Positions 28,970 to 38,158 of a DNA stretch of 64,000 nucleotides are shown piece by piece (positions within the stretch are counted from its first letter, which is position 1; every line of letters begins with the position of its first letter). Source of the stretch: Candidatus Kapaibacterium sp. (GTDB lineage: Bacteria > Bacteroidota > Ignavibacteria > Kapaibacteriales > UBA2268); contig OY761611.1 in assembly GCA_963664875.1 (NCBI GenBank), forward strand, positions 3,040,001 through 3,104,000, read 5' to 3'. Made by a program: the position numbers and the translations under genes. The notes beneath the pieces were generated by a model that was not told the origin of the DNA, searched no databases, and saw only the letters and a list, made by a program, of their open reading frames with translations.

Positions 28970-29434
28970 CTATCTGTTTCTGTATTCAGCAATGATTTTT
29001 TCTACTTTTTCCGGAGTAAGCTCTGTGTAAATCTCATCGTTTATCAGCATTGCAGGTCCTTTATGGCACCATCCAAGGCAGTTGGTATAAAGCAGAGAAA
29101 ACTTTCTGTTGAGAGTTGTTTCGCCAACTTTGATTTTTAGCAGGTTTTCTAAAGTTTTTACGATCGCTTCCTTTTCCTTCATTTCGCAGACTATTGTTTT
29201 GCATAGTCTGATTACATATTCGCCGCGCGGAACTGTGTCCAAAAAGTGATAAAAAGTAGCCTTGCCATAAACTTCTGCTGAAGAAATGTCAAGTTGTTTT
29301 GCAATCTCAACCATAGCCTCATCTGAAACATAGTGGTCATTGTCATAGACCCCTTGCAAGATAGGTAAAAGGCTTGAACGCTCGCGTCCGTACTTTTTCA
29401 CTAATGATTGTACTGTCATTGAAGTATTGCTCAT
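28970..29434 (-). CDS. hydC: 2Fe-2S thioredoxin-like subunit (NuoE/HydC-like)
   Basis: LLPILQ, ATFYHF, CKTIVC and CLGWC..GPAM motifs; GGAGG precedes ATG 29434. Confidence 0.9.
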   Translation of the reverse strand: MSNTSMTVQSLVKKYGRERSSLLPILQGVYDNDHYVSDEAMVEIAKQLDISSAEVYGKATFYHFLDTVPRGEYVIRLCKTIVCEMKEKEAIVKTLENLLKIKVGETTLNRKFSLLYTNCLGWCHKGPAMLINDEIYTELTPEKVEKIIAEYRNR

Positions 29435-29757
29435 AGTAGCCTCCGGCATACTGTGTATAATGAATATTGTAGCTAAATATATTTGAGTTGTGATGTATTC
29501 GATTAAAACAAGAAATAAGACATTTAATAAAATGCAAAAATGAGATATAAAAATTTTAACATAATTCTAAGTAAAAACAAAATACTATTTTCTCTAAATG
29601 ATTTATGTAATCAATGTGTTGCCTCTTAGCAGATACGGTTTAGCTCTGATATTTGACAATCAAACGGCTAATATTACACCTCGTCAGAAAGAGAATAACT
29701 ATAGGAAATGCGTGGCGTAATTTGCATTAAATTGTTTGTACAAAAAGGAGTTATCGT

Positions 29758-32094
29758 ATGAAAAATGGAACTGCAATATTAGTTTTCTTTGTTTTGATGT
29801 GCTTTGTAAGTAATGCTCAGGAACTAAGAAGCATAAAAGGATATGTTTTTGATAAGGAAACACTAAAACCTCTACCAGGTGCTACTATAATTTTAGAAGA
29901 CACAAAACTTGGTGCAAAGTCAAAAAATGACGGAAAATTTGAAATTCCGAAACTCACTCCGGGTAGGTATAATATTCTTGTCAAATATATTGGCTACAAA
30001 TCCGAGCTTAGACAAAATCTCATACTTTCTTCTTCGAGGGACTTGTTAATCGAAATAGGACTTGAAGAATCTGTCAGTAGGACTGAAAAGGTTTTCGTAA
30101 CTGCCGAGAAAGACAAATCAAAAGCCATAAACGAATCTTCACTTGTTAGCAGCAAAACCTTCACTGTCGAGGAAACAGGCAGATATGCAGGTGCTATGAT
30201 GGATCCGGCTCGAATGGTAACAAATTTTGCAGGAGTGAGTGCTGTAAATGATGATAGGAACGATATAATCATTCGTGGTAATTCTCCCTTAGGTGTTTTG
30301 TGGAGATTAGAAGGAATATCCATACCCAATCCTAATCACTTTTCCGCTTATGGCAACACCGGCGGTCCGATTAGTATTCTAAATAACAATAATCTAGCAA
30401 ATTCAGATTTTATGACAGGTGCATTCCCTGCAGAATTTGGCAATGCTACTGCCGGAGCTTTTGATTTGAAACTCAAAAAAGGGAACAGCGAAGATTTTGA
30501 AATAATGACTCAGTTAGGGCTTACAGGTATCGAACTGGGGGTAGAATCACCACTATTTGCTGAGCAGTCCTCTATAATTTTCAATTACAGATATTCTACA
30601 TTGGGATTATTAGACAAGGTTTCTGATGTTGTAGCAGATTTGCCGAGCATACCCAAGTATCAGGATTTAACTTTCAAAATTGCATTTCCTAATACAGACT
30701 TCGGAAGCTGGGAGATTTTTGGTTTAGGAGGTATGTCCGAATCAGATTTCCTATATAATGCTAAAGATGATGATGACGAGTTTAATATATATGATGAGAA
30801 TCTCAACAAAAATATTTACAGTCGCAATAAGTTAGGAGTAATTGGTATCTCAAATACGATGTTACTTGGTGAGTCATCATTTTTAAAATCAACTGTAGCT
30901 GTAACCGCTACGGAAAACAAATCGCAAACAGATACACTTTATAATCAAATCTCTATGCTAAAATTGAATAATGCAGAGGAAATTACTTTGCAATGGGCAG
31001 AGCAATATAGTTATAAATATGACAAAAAGAATGTATTTTCGGCTGGATTTACTGCTAAATACATGGATTTCAAACTTGCTGACAGCTCGCATAACGGAAC
31101 TGATTTTGATATCAATACAGAAATAACTGACAATGCTTTGCTGGCGGAAGCTTATGTGCAACTTGAACATAAGTTTTCAGACAAAACCAAAATGAATGTT
31201 GGATTGCATGGTACTTATTTTGATTTGAATCAAACCGGAGTCTTCGAACCGAGATTAGGTTTTAGCACAGAGTTGAGCGAAAAACACAATATTTCATTAG
31301 GCTTGGGGCTTCATAGTCAAATCCAACCATTGCCATATTATTTTTATCAGGATGAAAATGGCAGAAAAGGAAATCAAAACTTGGAGCTTACAAAAAGTTT
31401 CCACTCTGTACTTTCTCACCGATGGACATTGGCAAATAATTTATATATTAAAACAGAAGCGTATTATCAATATTTGTATGATATTCCTGTCGATAGCTAT
31501 CCGTCAACTTTTGCGATGGTGAATGCCGGAGCTGATTTTCAGTTAGATGCAAAAACTAATTTGGTAAATGATGGCACAGGGGAAAATTACGGGATAGAGC
31601 TAACATTAGAAAGATTCTTTGCTGATGGGTTTTATATGTTACTCACAGGTTCTGTATTTGACAGCAAATACAAAGCAAGCGACGACAAGCAAAGGAACAC
31701 GGCTTTCAACGGTAATTATATGTTGGCAGCCTTAGGAGGATTAGAGTTTGAAATGTTCGACGGATTCGATTTTATTTTGGATTCTAAACTCACTTTCGGA
31801 GGTGGGAGAAGGTATATTCCAATAGATTTGGCAGCGTCTGTGGTAGAAGGACAAACAGAATTCGATGAGAGTAAAGCATTTGAAAGTAGATATAAAGATT
31901 ATTTCCGTTGGGATATTAAAATCGGATATAGAATGAATCTTATGAGTAGCTCACATTATCTACTTTTAGATTTTATGAATGTACTAAATACTAAAAACGA
32001 ATATATGCACCTGTACGACCCTACAAATAAAAGAATTGCTTCGATTTACCAATATTCTTTCTTGCCAAATTTGATTTACAAAATCGAGTTTTAA
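29758..32094 (+). CDS. TonB-dependent receptor with N-terminal carboxypeptidase-regulatory-like domain
   Basis: PLPGATI..., DPARM..NFAGV, IIIRGNSP and GAFPAEFGNA plug motifs; C-terminal YKIEF. Confidence 0.9.
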   Translation: MKNGTAILVFFVLMCFVSNAQELRSIKGYVFDKETLKPLPGATIILEDTKLGAKSKNDGKFEIPKLTPGRYNILVKYIGYKSELRQNLILSSSRDLLIEIGLEESVSRTEKVFVTAEKDKSKAINESSLVSSKTFTVEETGRYAGAMMDPARMVTNFAGVSAVNDDRNDIIIRGNSPLGVLWRLEGISIPNPNHFSAYGNTGGPISILNNNNLANSDFMTGAFPAEFGNATAGAFDLKLKKGNSEDFEIMTQLGLTGIELGVESPLFAEQSSIIFNYRYSTLGLLDKVSDVVADLPSIPKYQDLTFKIAFPNTDFGSWEIFGLGGMSESDFLYNAKDDDDEFNIYDENLNKNIYSRNKLGVIGISNTMLLGESSFLKSTVAVTATENKSQTDTLYNQISMLKLNNAEEITLQWAEQYSYKYDKKNVFSAGFTAKYMDFKLADSSHNGTDFDINTEITDNALLAEAYVQLEHKFSDKTKMNVGLHGTYFDLNQTGVFEPRLGFSTELSEKHNISLGLGLHSQIQPLPYYFYQDENGRKGNQNLELTKSFHSVLSHRWTLANNLYIKTEAYYQYLYDIPVDSYPSTFAMVNAGADFQLDAKTNLVNDGTGENYGIELTLERFFADGFYMLLTGSVFDSKYKASDDKQRNTAFNGNYMLAALGGLEFEMFDGFDFILDSKLTFGGGRRYIPIDLAASVVEGQTEFDESKAFESRYKDYFRWDIKIGYRMNLMSSSHYLLLDFMNVLNTKNEYMHLYDPTNKRIASIYQYSFLPNLIYKIEF

Positions 32095-32095
32095 A

Positions 32096-33154
32096 ATGAG
32101 CAGACTAAAAAATTATTCGATTAGGATTTTAGTAATAAGCATCATACACATATATCTGAAAATGTATGACAGTACTTTTTTTGGGATTGTCGGCAATGTC
32201 GGATTTAGGGATGCTTTTTATTATGTGTTTTCTCTTTTGTTTGGGTTTGTTGCTTGGGAAATCACAGAAAGAGTGAACAAAAAAATAATCAGCACTTACC
32301 ATGCTAAAGAACTTAGCAGAAAAATTGTGATTTTTGGTTTTGTCCATTTGATAATGGGCATAATGTGGGGTGCTGTTTTTTCTACTATATATTACTATTC
32401 CACATTATCTCTATTTGGGATAAAAATATTTGAAGATTTTTATATAACAGATGCTGATTTGTCGTTTGGGATTTTGATTTTTTATATAATAGTCAATTCT
32501 ATTGCAGGTATAAAACTGTTTTACACTCAATGGAAAAATGAGTTAGTAAAAAATGAGCGCTTAGAAAAAGAATTTGCTTTGTCAAAATATGAAGCTCTAA
32601 AAAATCAAATTGATCCCCACTTTTTCTTTAATTCGCTTAGTGTCTTGTCAAACCTTGTGTATAAAAATCAAGATTTGGCTGCTGACTTTATCAATAAATT
32701 ATCTAAACTATACAGATACATCTTAGACATAAGAGAACGAAGATTGGTGACTATACAAGAAGAGCTGCTTTTTGTACAAAATTATTTTTATCTGATGAAG
32801 ATAAGGCATGGTGACCAAATCATACTGAATATTTCCGATGTAGAAAACGAGTCAGTGTTTTTGCCTCCGATAACTTTGCAGCTACTTGTTGAAAATGCAA
32901 TAAAGCATAATATATATTCAGAAGAAGAGCCGTTGCTGATAAAAATCAGCAAGCAAGATGATTATATTATAGTGCAAAATTCGGTACAAAAAAGAAAACT
33001 CTTGAGCGAAGGTTCAGGTTTAGGGCTTGCAAATATTGTTTCGAGATACAAACTGATAACAGAGCAGGGGGTTATAATAAAAGAAGACGAAAAAGAATTC
33101 AAAGTCCTACTTCCCATTATAAGGAGCAACGAGTATGAAAATAGCAATATTTGA
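32096..33154 (+). CDS. LytS-family sensor histidine kinase
   Basis: Several N-terminal transmembrane segments; LKNQIDPHFFFNSL, LQLLVENAIKHN, GLGLANI. Confidence 0.92.
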   Translation: MSRLKNYSIRILVISIIHIYLKMYDSTFFGIVGNVGFRDAFYYVFSLLFGFVAWEITERVNKKIISTYHAKELSRKIVIFGFVHLIMGIMWGAVFSTIYYYSTLSLFGIKIFEDFYITDADLSFGILIFYIIVNSIAGIKLFYTQWKNELVKNERLEKEFALSKYEALKNQIDPHFFFNSLSVLSNLVYKNQDLAADFINKLSKLYRYILDIRERRLVTIQEELLFVQNYFYLMKIRHGDQIILNISDVENESVFLPPITLQLLVENAIKHNIYSEEEPLLIKISKQDDYIIVQNSVQKRKLLSEGSGLGLANIVSRYKLITEQGVIIKEDEKEFKVLLPIIRSNEYENSNI

Positions 33155-33884
33155 AGACGAACTTCACTCAGCAGAGAGACTTACTCAGCTTGTGAGAGAA
33201 ATTGATAAAACAATAGAGATAGACGCTGTAATTACCACAGTAAAGCACGGCAAGCAATATCTCCAAGCTGCTCCTGACATAGATTTAATATTGCTGGATA
33301 TTCAGCTTTCGGATGGGAACTCGTTTGAAATATTTGAAGAAGGAGCTGCGAATTTTCCGATAATATTCACAACTGCGTTTGACGAATTCGCTATCAAAGC
33401 ATTCAAACTAAATAGTATTGATTATCTATTGAAACCCATAGACAAAGAAGAGCTGGCTGTTGCTATTAAAAAATTTGAATCTCGGCAGCAAGGGGCTGAA
33501 GTTAACTACCACTTCCTTTCCGAAATACTTAAATCACAAAGTAAGGCATATAAGCAGCGGTTTCTTGTCAAAAAAGGAAACAACTTGACGTATGTGTTGA
33601 CAGATGAAATTTCATACTTCAAATTTGCTGACGGCTTAGTAGATGTGATTACTTTTGATAACACGATTTATCCGGTAGATTATACATTAGACAAAATCGC
33701 AAAGATGATAGACCCTGATAAATTTTTTAGAATCAATAGACAATATATCATTAGTATAGAATCTATTATCTCCATTAATACATACTTCAATAGTAGGTTA
33801 AAGCTGAAAATCAAAGCCGGCAAGGAAGAGATTGTTGTTAGCCGAGATAAAGTAAAAGATTTTAAAAGCTGGCTGGATCGATAG
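33135..33884 (+). CDS. LytTR-family response regulator
   Basis: Receiver domain (LLDIQL, TTAFD, YLLKP) and LytTR domain (FFRINRQYII, VSRDKV). Confidence 0.93.
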   Translation: MKIAIFEDELHSAERLTQLVREIDKTIEIDAVITTVKHGKQYLQAAPDIDLILLDIQLSDGNSFEIFEEGAANFPIIFTTAFDEFAIKAFKLNSIDYLLKPIDKEELAVAIKKFESRQQGAEVNYHFLSEILKSQSKAYKQRFLVKKGNNLTYVLTDEISYFKFADGLVDVITFDNTIYPVDYTLDKIAKMIDPDKFFRINRQYIISIESIISINTYFNSRLKLKIKAGKEEIVVSRDKVKDFKSWLDR

Positions 33885-33954
33885 TTAATTGCAAACAATA
33901 CAATCCCCTTTTCATTCGTTTTCCATTGAAAATATATGTTATAAGGAGAAGAGA

Positions 33955-34410
33955 ATGGTATTCCAATCTTTTGAAGAAGTAATAGAATTTGCTATTAGTA
34001 GAGAAATTGAAGCAGCTGATTTTTATAATAAACTTCAGTCTTTAGTGAAACATGAATCAAGTATCAAATTACTCAAAGAACTTGAAAATATGGAGCTTGC
34101 TCATGCTGAGATACTCAAAAAGTTTGATAAGTCAGAAATCGAAGGAGAATATGTTTCTCCCAAAATTCAAAATCTAAAAATAGCCGACTCTATGGAAGAT
34201 ATTAGCCCTCAAAGCGAAATGAACTATCAGGAAATACTTGTGCTTTCTATCAAGGCAGAGCAGCATGCGAACGAACTGTATCTAAAACTCGCTAATGAGT
34301 CAGAAAATCAACTCACTAAGAATGTGTTTTTAAGATTAGCTGACGAGGAAGCCAAACACAAGCTGCACTTGGAGCAAATCTATGATGATGAGTTTATGGT
34401 AGAAAATTAG
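33955..34410 (+). CDS. Ferritin-like / rubrerythrin family protein
   Basis: AISREIEAADFY, MELAH, AEQHA..LY and DEEAKH diiron motifs; AGGAG precedes ATG 33955. Confidence 0.85.
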   Translation: MVFQSFEEVIEFAISREIEAADFYNKLQSLVKHESSIKLLKELENMELAHAEILKKFDKSEIEGEYVSPKIQNLKIADSMEDISPQSEMNYQEILVLSIKAEQHANELYLKLANESENQLTKNVFLRLADEEAKHKLHLEQIYDDEFMVEN

Positions 34411-34553
34411 AATAAGCATATATTACTCTTTTTAATCTGTATTTTGGAAGCCACTTTATATTTAGATATAAATGTCTCCAAAATACTTTTTTTTTATAAT
34501 TTTGAATTGTCCTCTATTATTATTAGTTTTAGGTAAAAAAAGGACAAAAATCC

Positions 34554-35300
34554 ATGGCCATAGGTATCATTCCTGCTCGCTTTGCTTCGACCCGATTTCC
34601 CGGCAAACCACTTGCCGATATTTGTGGCAAACCACTTTTGCAGCATGTTTTTGAATCTGTTTCAACTTCTAAACTTCTTAATAGAATTGCAATAGCTACA
34701 GACGATTCGAGAATTGCAGAGGTAGCTCATAGCTTTGGAGCGGAAGTAATTATGACTGATTCTGATTTGCCAAGCGGGACTGACAGAATCTTTCAGGCAT
34801 ACCTACAAATGAATACCGAAGACGATATTATCGTCAATATACAAGGTGATGAACCACTCTTTTCGGGTCATCTGGCAGATGAACTCATTAGCCGACTTTC
34901 CTCAAGCGAAGCAGATGTAGCGACTATGGTAAAAAAAATTACTTCAGTAGAAGATTTATTCAATCCCTCTAACGTAAAAGCAGTAGTGGGCAACAATGGC
35001 TATGCTCTCTATTTCTCAAGAAATACTTTGCCCTTTGTCAGAGATCAAAAACCTATAGATTGGATTAATATTCATGATTTTTATAAACACGTTGGAGTTT
35101 ATGCTTATAAAGCACGCGCTTTGAAGAGATTTGTGGAGCTTCCTGTTTCAAAGTTGGAATCTTTAGAACAATTAGAACAACTCCGCCTGATGGAAGATGG
35201 AGCCAGATATCTATGCGTAGAAACAGATATAGAGCTTGTAGGCGTAGATACACCTCAAGATGTGCAAAGAGTCGAAAAAATTCTAGTCAGGAGAAATTAG
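34554..35300 (+). CDS. kdsB: 3-deoxy-manno-octulosonate cytidylyltransferase
   Basis: IPARFASTRFPGKPL, SGTDR, VNIQGDEP, YFSR and EQLEQLR motifs. Confidence 0.95.
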   Translation: MAIGIIPARFASTRFPGKPLADICGKPLLQHVFESVSTSKLLNRIAIATDDSRIAEVAHSFGAEVIMTDSDLPSGTDRIFQAYLQMNTEDDIIVNIQGDEPLFSGHLADELISRLSSSEADVATMVKKITSVEDLFNPSNVKAVVGNNGYALYFSRNTLPFVRDQKPIDWINIHDFYKHVGVYAYKARALKRFVELPVSKLESLEQLEQLRLMEDGARYLCVETDIELVGVDTPQDVQRVEKILVRRN

Positions 35301-35312
35301 TATTCTAATTTT

Positions 35313-35756
35313 TTAGCGTCTTCTGATAAGATCATTTATTTTTTCGATAGTTTTGTCTTTCAGCTCCTCTAAGGTCTGCTGGCTTAGCATTTCATACGCA
35401 TCTGTTCTTAGTTTGCCCCACTGGTCATGTACTGGGCAGGGTTGCTCTACGGAGCATCCTCTGAAACCTAAAACACAGTTTTCAAACATACCGAGCCCGT
35501 CAATAGCAGCTACAATTTCGATTAATCTAATGTCTTTCGGATGTTTATTTAGATAAAAACCGCCAGCTTTGCCTTTTTTTGAGCCAACTATGCCACTTGC
35601 AGTAAGAGTTTGTAGTACCTTCGATACAAATTCTTTTGGGACGTTCAAGTTTTCCGATACATCAAGAGCATTCCATAGCGTTCCTTCGTCTTGAGCAGAA
35701 AGAAAGAGAACCGCCTGCAAGCCTAACTCACATTTTTTAGAAAAAATAACTGTCAT
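35313..35756 (-). CDS. Rrf2-family transcriptional regulator (Fe-S type)
   Basis: SKVLQTL..GIV.S.KG..GGF winged helix-turn-helix and CVLG...C....PCPVH cysteine motif. Confidence 0.9.
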   Translation of the reverse strand: MTVIFSKKCELGLQAVLFLSAQDEGTLWNALDVSENLNVPKEFVSKVLQTLTASGIVGSKKGKAGGFYLNKHPKDIRLIEIVAAIDGLGMFENCVLGFRGCSVEQPCPVHDQWGKLRTDAYEMLSQQTLEELKDKTIEKINDLIRRR

Positions 35757-35813
35757 AAATACCCTCTGTATAGTCTTTTACAAAGATACAGAAAAAATTT
35801 CTAAAAAAAATAT

Positions 35814-35842
35814 TTGCATTAAAGACTATTTTGTCTTATATT
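35814..35842 (+). promoter_or_regulatory. Putative hcp promoter with palindromic operator in the spacer
   Basis: TTGCAT-N17-TATATT, with AAGAC-tatttt-GTCTT between the two boxes. Confidence 0.55.
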
Positions 35843-35885
35843 GAAAACAGATAAATAAGTCTGATTTAAAAACGGGAGACTCAAT

Positions 35886-37517
35886 ATGTTTTGCTATCAA
35901 TGTGAACAAAATTCAAAAGGTGCATGCAACACTAATGTTGGTGTTTGTGGTAAAGACGAAAAAACTGCTATCATGCAGGATATTCTTTTATTTGTTGCCA
36001 AAGGTGTGGCATGGGTTGCCACCGAATTGCAGATGGAAGGAATAAGACAGAAAAAATTTGATGTTTTTGTGATGGAAGCTCTTTTCACTACCGTTACTAA
36101 TGTAAGCTTTGACTATATGCGAATAGTTGGTCAAATCAAAGAGGGTAGCGAATTACTTGAAGAAGCTAAAGCTGAATGTAAAAAATTAGGCATCAGATTG
36201 CCAATTGATGAAAACCACCCTGTCAATTTCAATTTTGTACCAAATCCAGATGATTTGATGCTCATGTCAGGTCTTGCTGCTATTGAAACAAGATTTGAAG
36301 AAGAAGGTAAAACTTACACCGGAATAGTAGAGCTAATCGTTTACGGATTGAAAGGTCTTGCTGCTTATGCTCATCATGCTTATGTCCTTGGTTTTGAAAA
36401 ACAGGAAATATATGCGAGAATCAACTCTACATTACATTATACATTGCACAAACACTCTGCCGAAGAACTTTTAGGCAAAGCCTTAGAGACAGGAGAGTTG
36501 AATCTGCAGGTAATGGAGCTCTTGGACTCTGCTAATACCGGTACTTACGGACATCCTGAACCATCACCGGTAAGAATAACAGCCAAAAAAGGAAAAGCAA
36601 TCCTTGTTTCAGGACACGACTTGAAAGACTTGGAAGAGCTGTTAAAGCAGACTGAGGGTATGGGAATAAATATATATACTCATGGCGAGATGCTTCCTGC
36701 CCTCGGATATCCTCACTTGAAAAAATACTCACACTTAGCCGGAAACTATGGCGGAGCTTGGCAAGATCAGTGGAAAGAATTTGCAGCTTTCCCGGGTGCT
36801 GTGCTAATGACTACAAACTGTATCCAGGAACCTAAAGAAACATACCAAGACCGAATCTTTACCTGCGGACTTGTAAGCTGGCCAAATGTTACTCACATTA
36901 GCGACAGAAACTTCAAACCGGTAATCGAAGCAGCACTGGCTGCTGAAGGTTTCAAAGAAGACGAAGAAGAAAAAAATATTTTAACCGGATTTGGTCATAA
37001 CGCAGTTCTATCAGTTGCAGATAAAGTTGTCGAATCAGTTAAAAACGGCGACATTAAACATTTCTACCTCATAGGTGGTTGTGATGGTGCTAAATCAGGA
37101 AGAAACTACTATACTGATTTCGCTACTCAAGCTCCAAAAGACAGTGTAATAATGACATTAGCGTGTGGCAAATTCAGATTTAATAAATTAGAATTCGGTG
37201 ACATTAATGGCATTCCTCGCCTATTAGATATTGGTCAATGTAACGATGCATACTCTGCTATCAAAATTGCAGTTGCTCTTGCAGAAGTTTTCGAGACAGA
37301 TGTCAATTCATTGCCTCTATCTCTTATCCTTTCATGGTACGAGCAAAAAGCTGTGGCAATCCTATTGACATTGCTTCATCTTGGCATTAAAAATATAAAA
37401 ATCGGACCTACATTGCCGGCATTTATCGAACCGGAAGTATTGAATATTTTGGTAGAAAAATTCCAATTGGCTCCTATTACTACAGTAGAAGCTGACTTGG
37501 CAGAAACATTAGCATAA
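35886..37517 (+). CDS. hcp: Hybrid cluster protein (hydroxylamine/NO reductase)
   Basis: MFCYQCEQ...GVCGK, SGHDL, YTHGEM, TTNC, GGCDG, GQCND and SWYEQKA motifs. Confidence 0.96.
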   Translation: MFCYQCEQNSKGACNTNVGVCGKDEKTAIMQDILLFVAKGVAWVATELQMEGIRQKKFDVFVMEALFTTVTNVSFDYMRIVGQIKEGSELLEEAKAECKKLGIRLPIDENHPVNFNFVPNPDDLMLMSGLAAIETRFEEEGKTYTGIVELIVYGLKGLAAYAHHAYVLGFEKQEIYARINSTLHYTLHKHSAEELLGKALETGELNLQVMELLDSANTGTYGHPEPSPVRITAKKGKAILVSGHDLKDLEELLKQTEGMGINIYTHGEMLPALGYPHLKKYSHLAGNYGGAWQDQWKEFAAFPGAVLMTTNCIQEPKETYQDRIFTCGLVSWPNVTHISDRNFKPVIEAALAAEGFKEDEEEKNILTGFGHNAVLSVADKVVESVKNGDIKHFYLIGGCDGAKSGRNYYTDFATQAPKDSVIMTLACGKFRFNKLEFGDINGIPRLLDIGQCNDAYSAIKIAVALAEVFETDVNSLPLSLILSWYEQKAVAILLTLLHLGIKNIKIGPTLPAFIEPEVLNILVEKFQLAPITTVEADLAETLA

Positions 37518-37539
37518 CACGCTTGGTTCGGGAATACAT

Positions 37540-37573
37540 AAAGAGAGTAGTCTAATCTGATTACTCTCTTTTT
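37540..37573 (+). terminator. Intrinsic terminator after hcp
   Basis: AAAGAGAGTA/TACTCTCTTT stem with T tail. Confidence 0.7.
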
Positions 37574-37627
37574 CATGTTTAAATATTCTGGGGATTCCAT
37601 GGAGGATATTTTGTATAGGTAAATTTA

Positions 37628-38158
37628 TTACCTATTTGATGTTAAAAGTCTATACATTCCCGTAGCATATACAATGAATGAATAAAGAAGAACTACGGAA
37701 ACGATAGGCTCTCCCCATTCTTTGCAGTATGGGACTTCGTAAAATGCCAATATGAGCTGAAGTGCCAGAAAATTGACTGCTATCTTACCTGTCATATTTG
37801 AAGGTATTATGTATCCTATTTTGCCTTTAGCCCACAAGCCGCCTAACAGTATTAAAAAATCTCTACCGAAAATTATCGCTGCATACCAAGGAGACAATAG
37901 TCCGGTCATAAGCATAGTAATGCCTGCTGCACCTACTGCCATTTTATCTCCGATAGGATCTAATACTTTGCCTAACTCGCTTATCTGATTTAATTTTCGG
38001 GCAAGATAGCCATCGAGGTAATCGCTTATCACCATGAGTGCAATCAATATCCCAACAATAAGCTTATAGTCATATAAAATTGCAAATCCGAAAGGGATGG
38101 AAAGTAAAATTCGAATTAAGCTTATGATATTCGATATAGTCCATTTCTTATTGCTCAT
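37628..38158 (-). CDS. CDP-alcohol phosphatidyltransferase (PgsA-like)
   Basis: DYLDGYLARK...GKVLDPIGDK signature. Confidence 0.9.
   Translation of the reverse strand: MSNKKWTISNIISLIRILLSIPFGFAILYDYKLIVGILIALMVISDYLDGYLARKLNQISELGKVLDPIGDKMAVGAAGITMLMTGLLSPWYAAIIFGRDFLILLGGLWAKGKIGYIIPSNMTGKIAVNFLALQLILAFYEVPYCKEWGEPIVSVVLLYSFIVYATGMYRLLTSNR

Noticed and set aside
29450-29757. Possible FNR, Rex or LytTR boxes between the hydrogenase operon and the TonB-dependent receptor
   Set aside because: Only partial matches such as TGATT-N5-AATCA, with wrong spacing for FNR. Not supportable.
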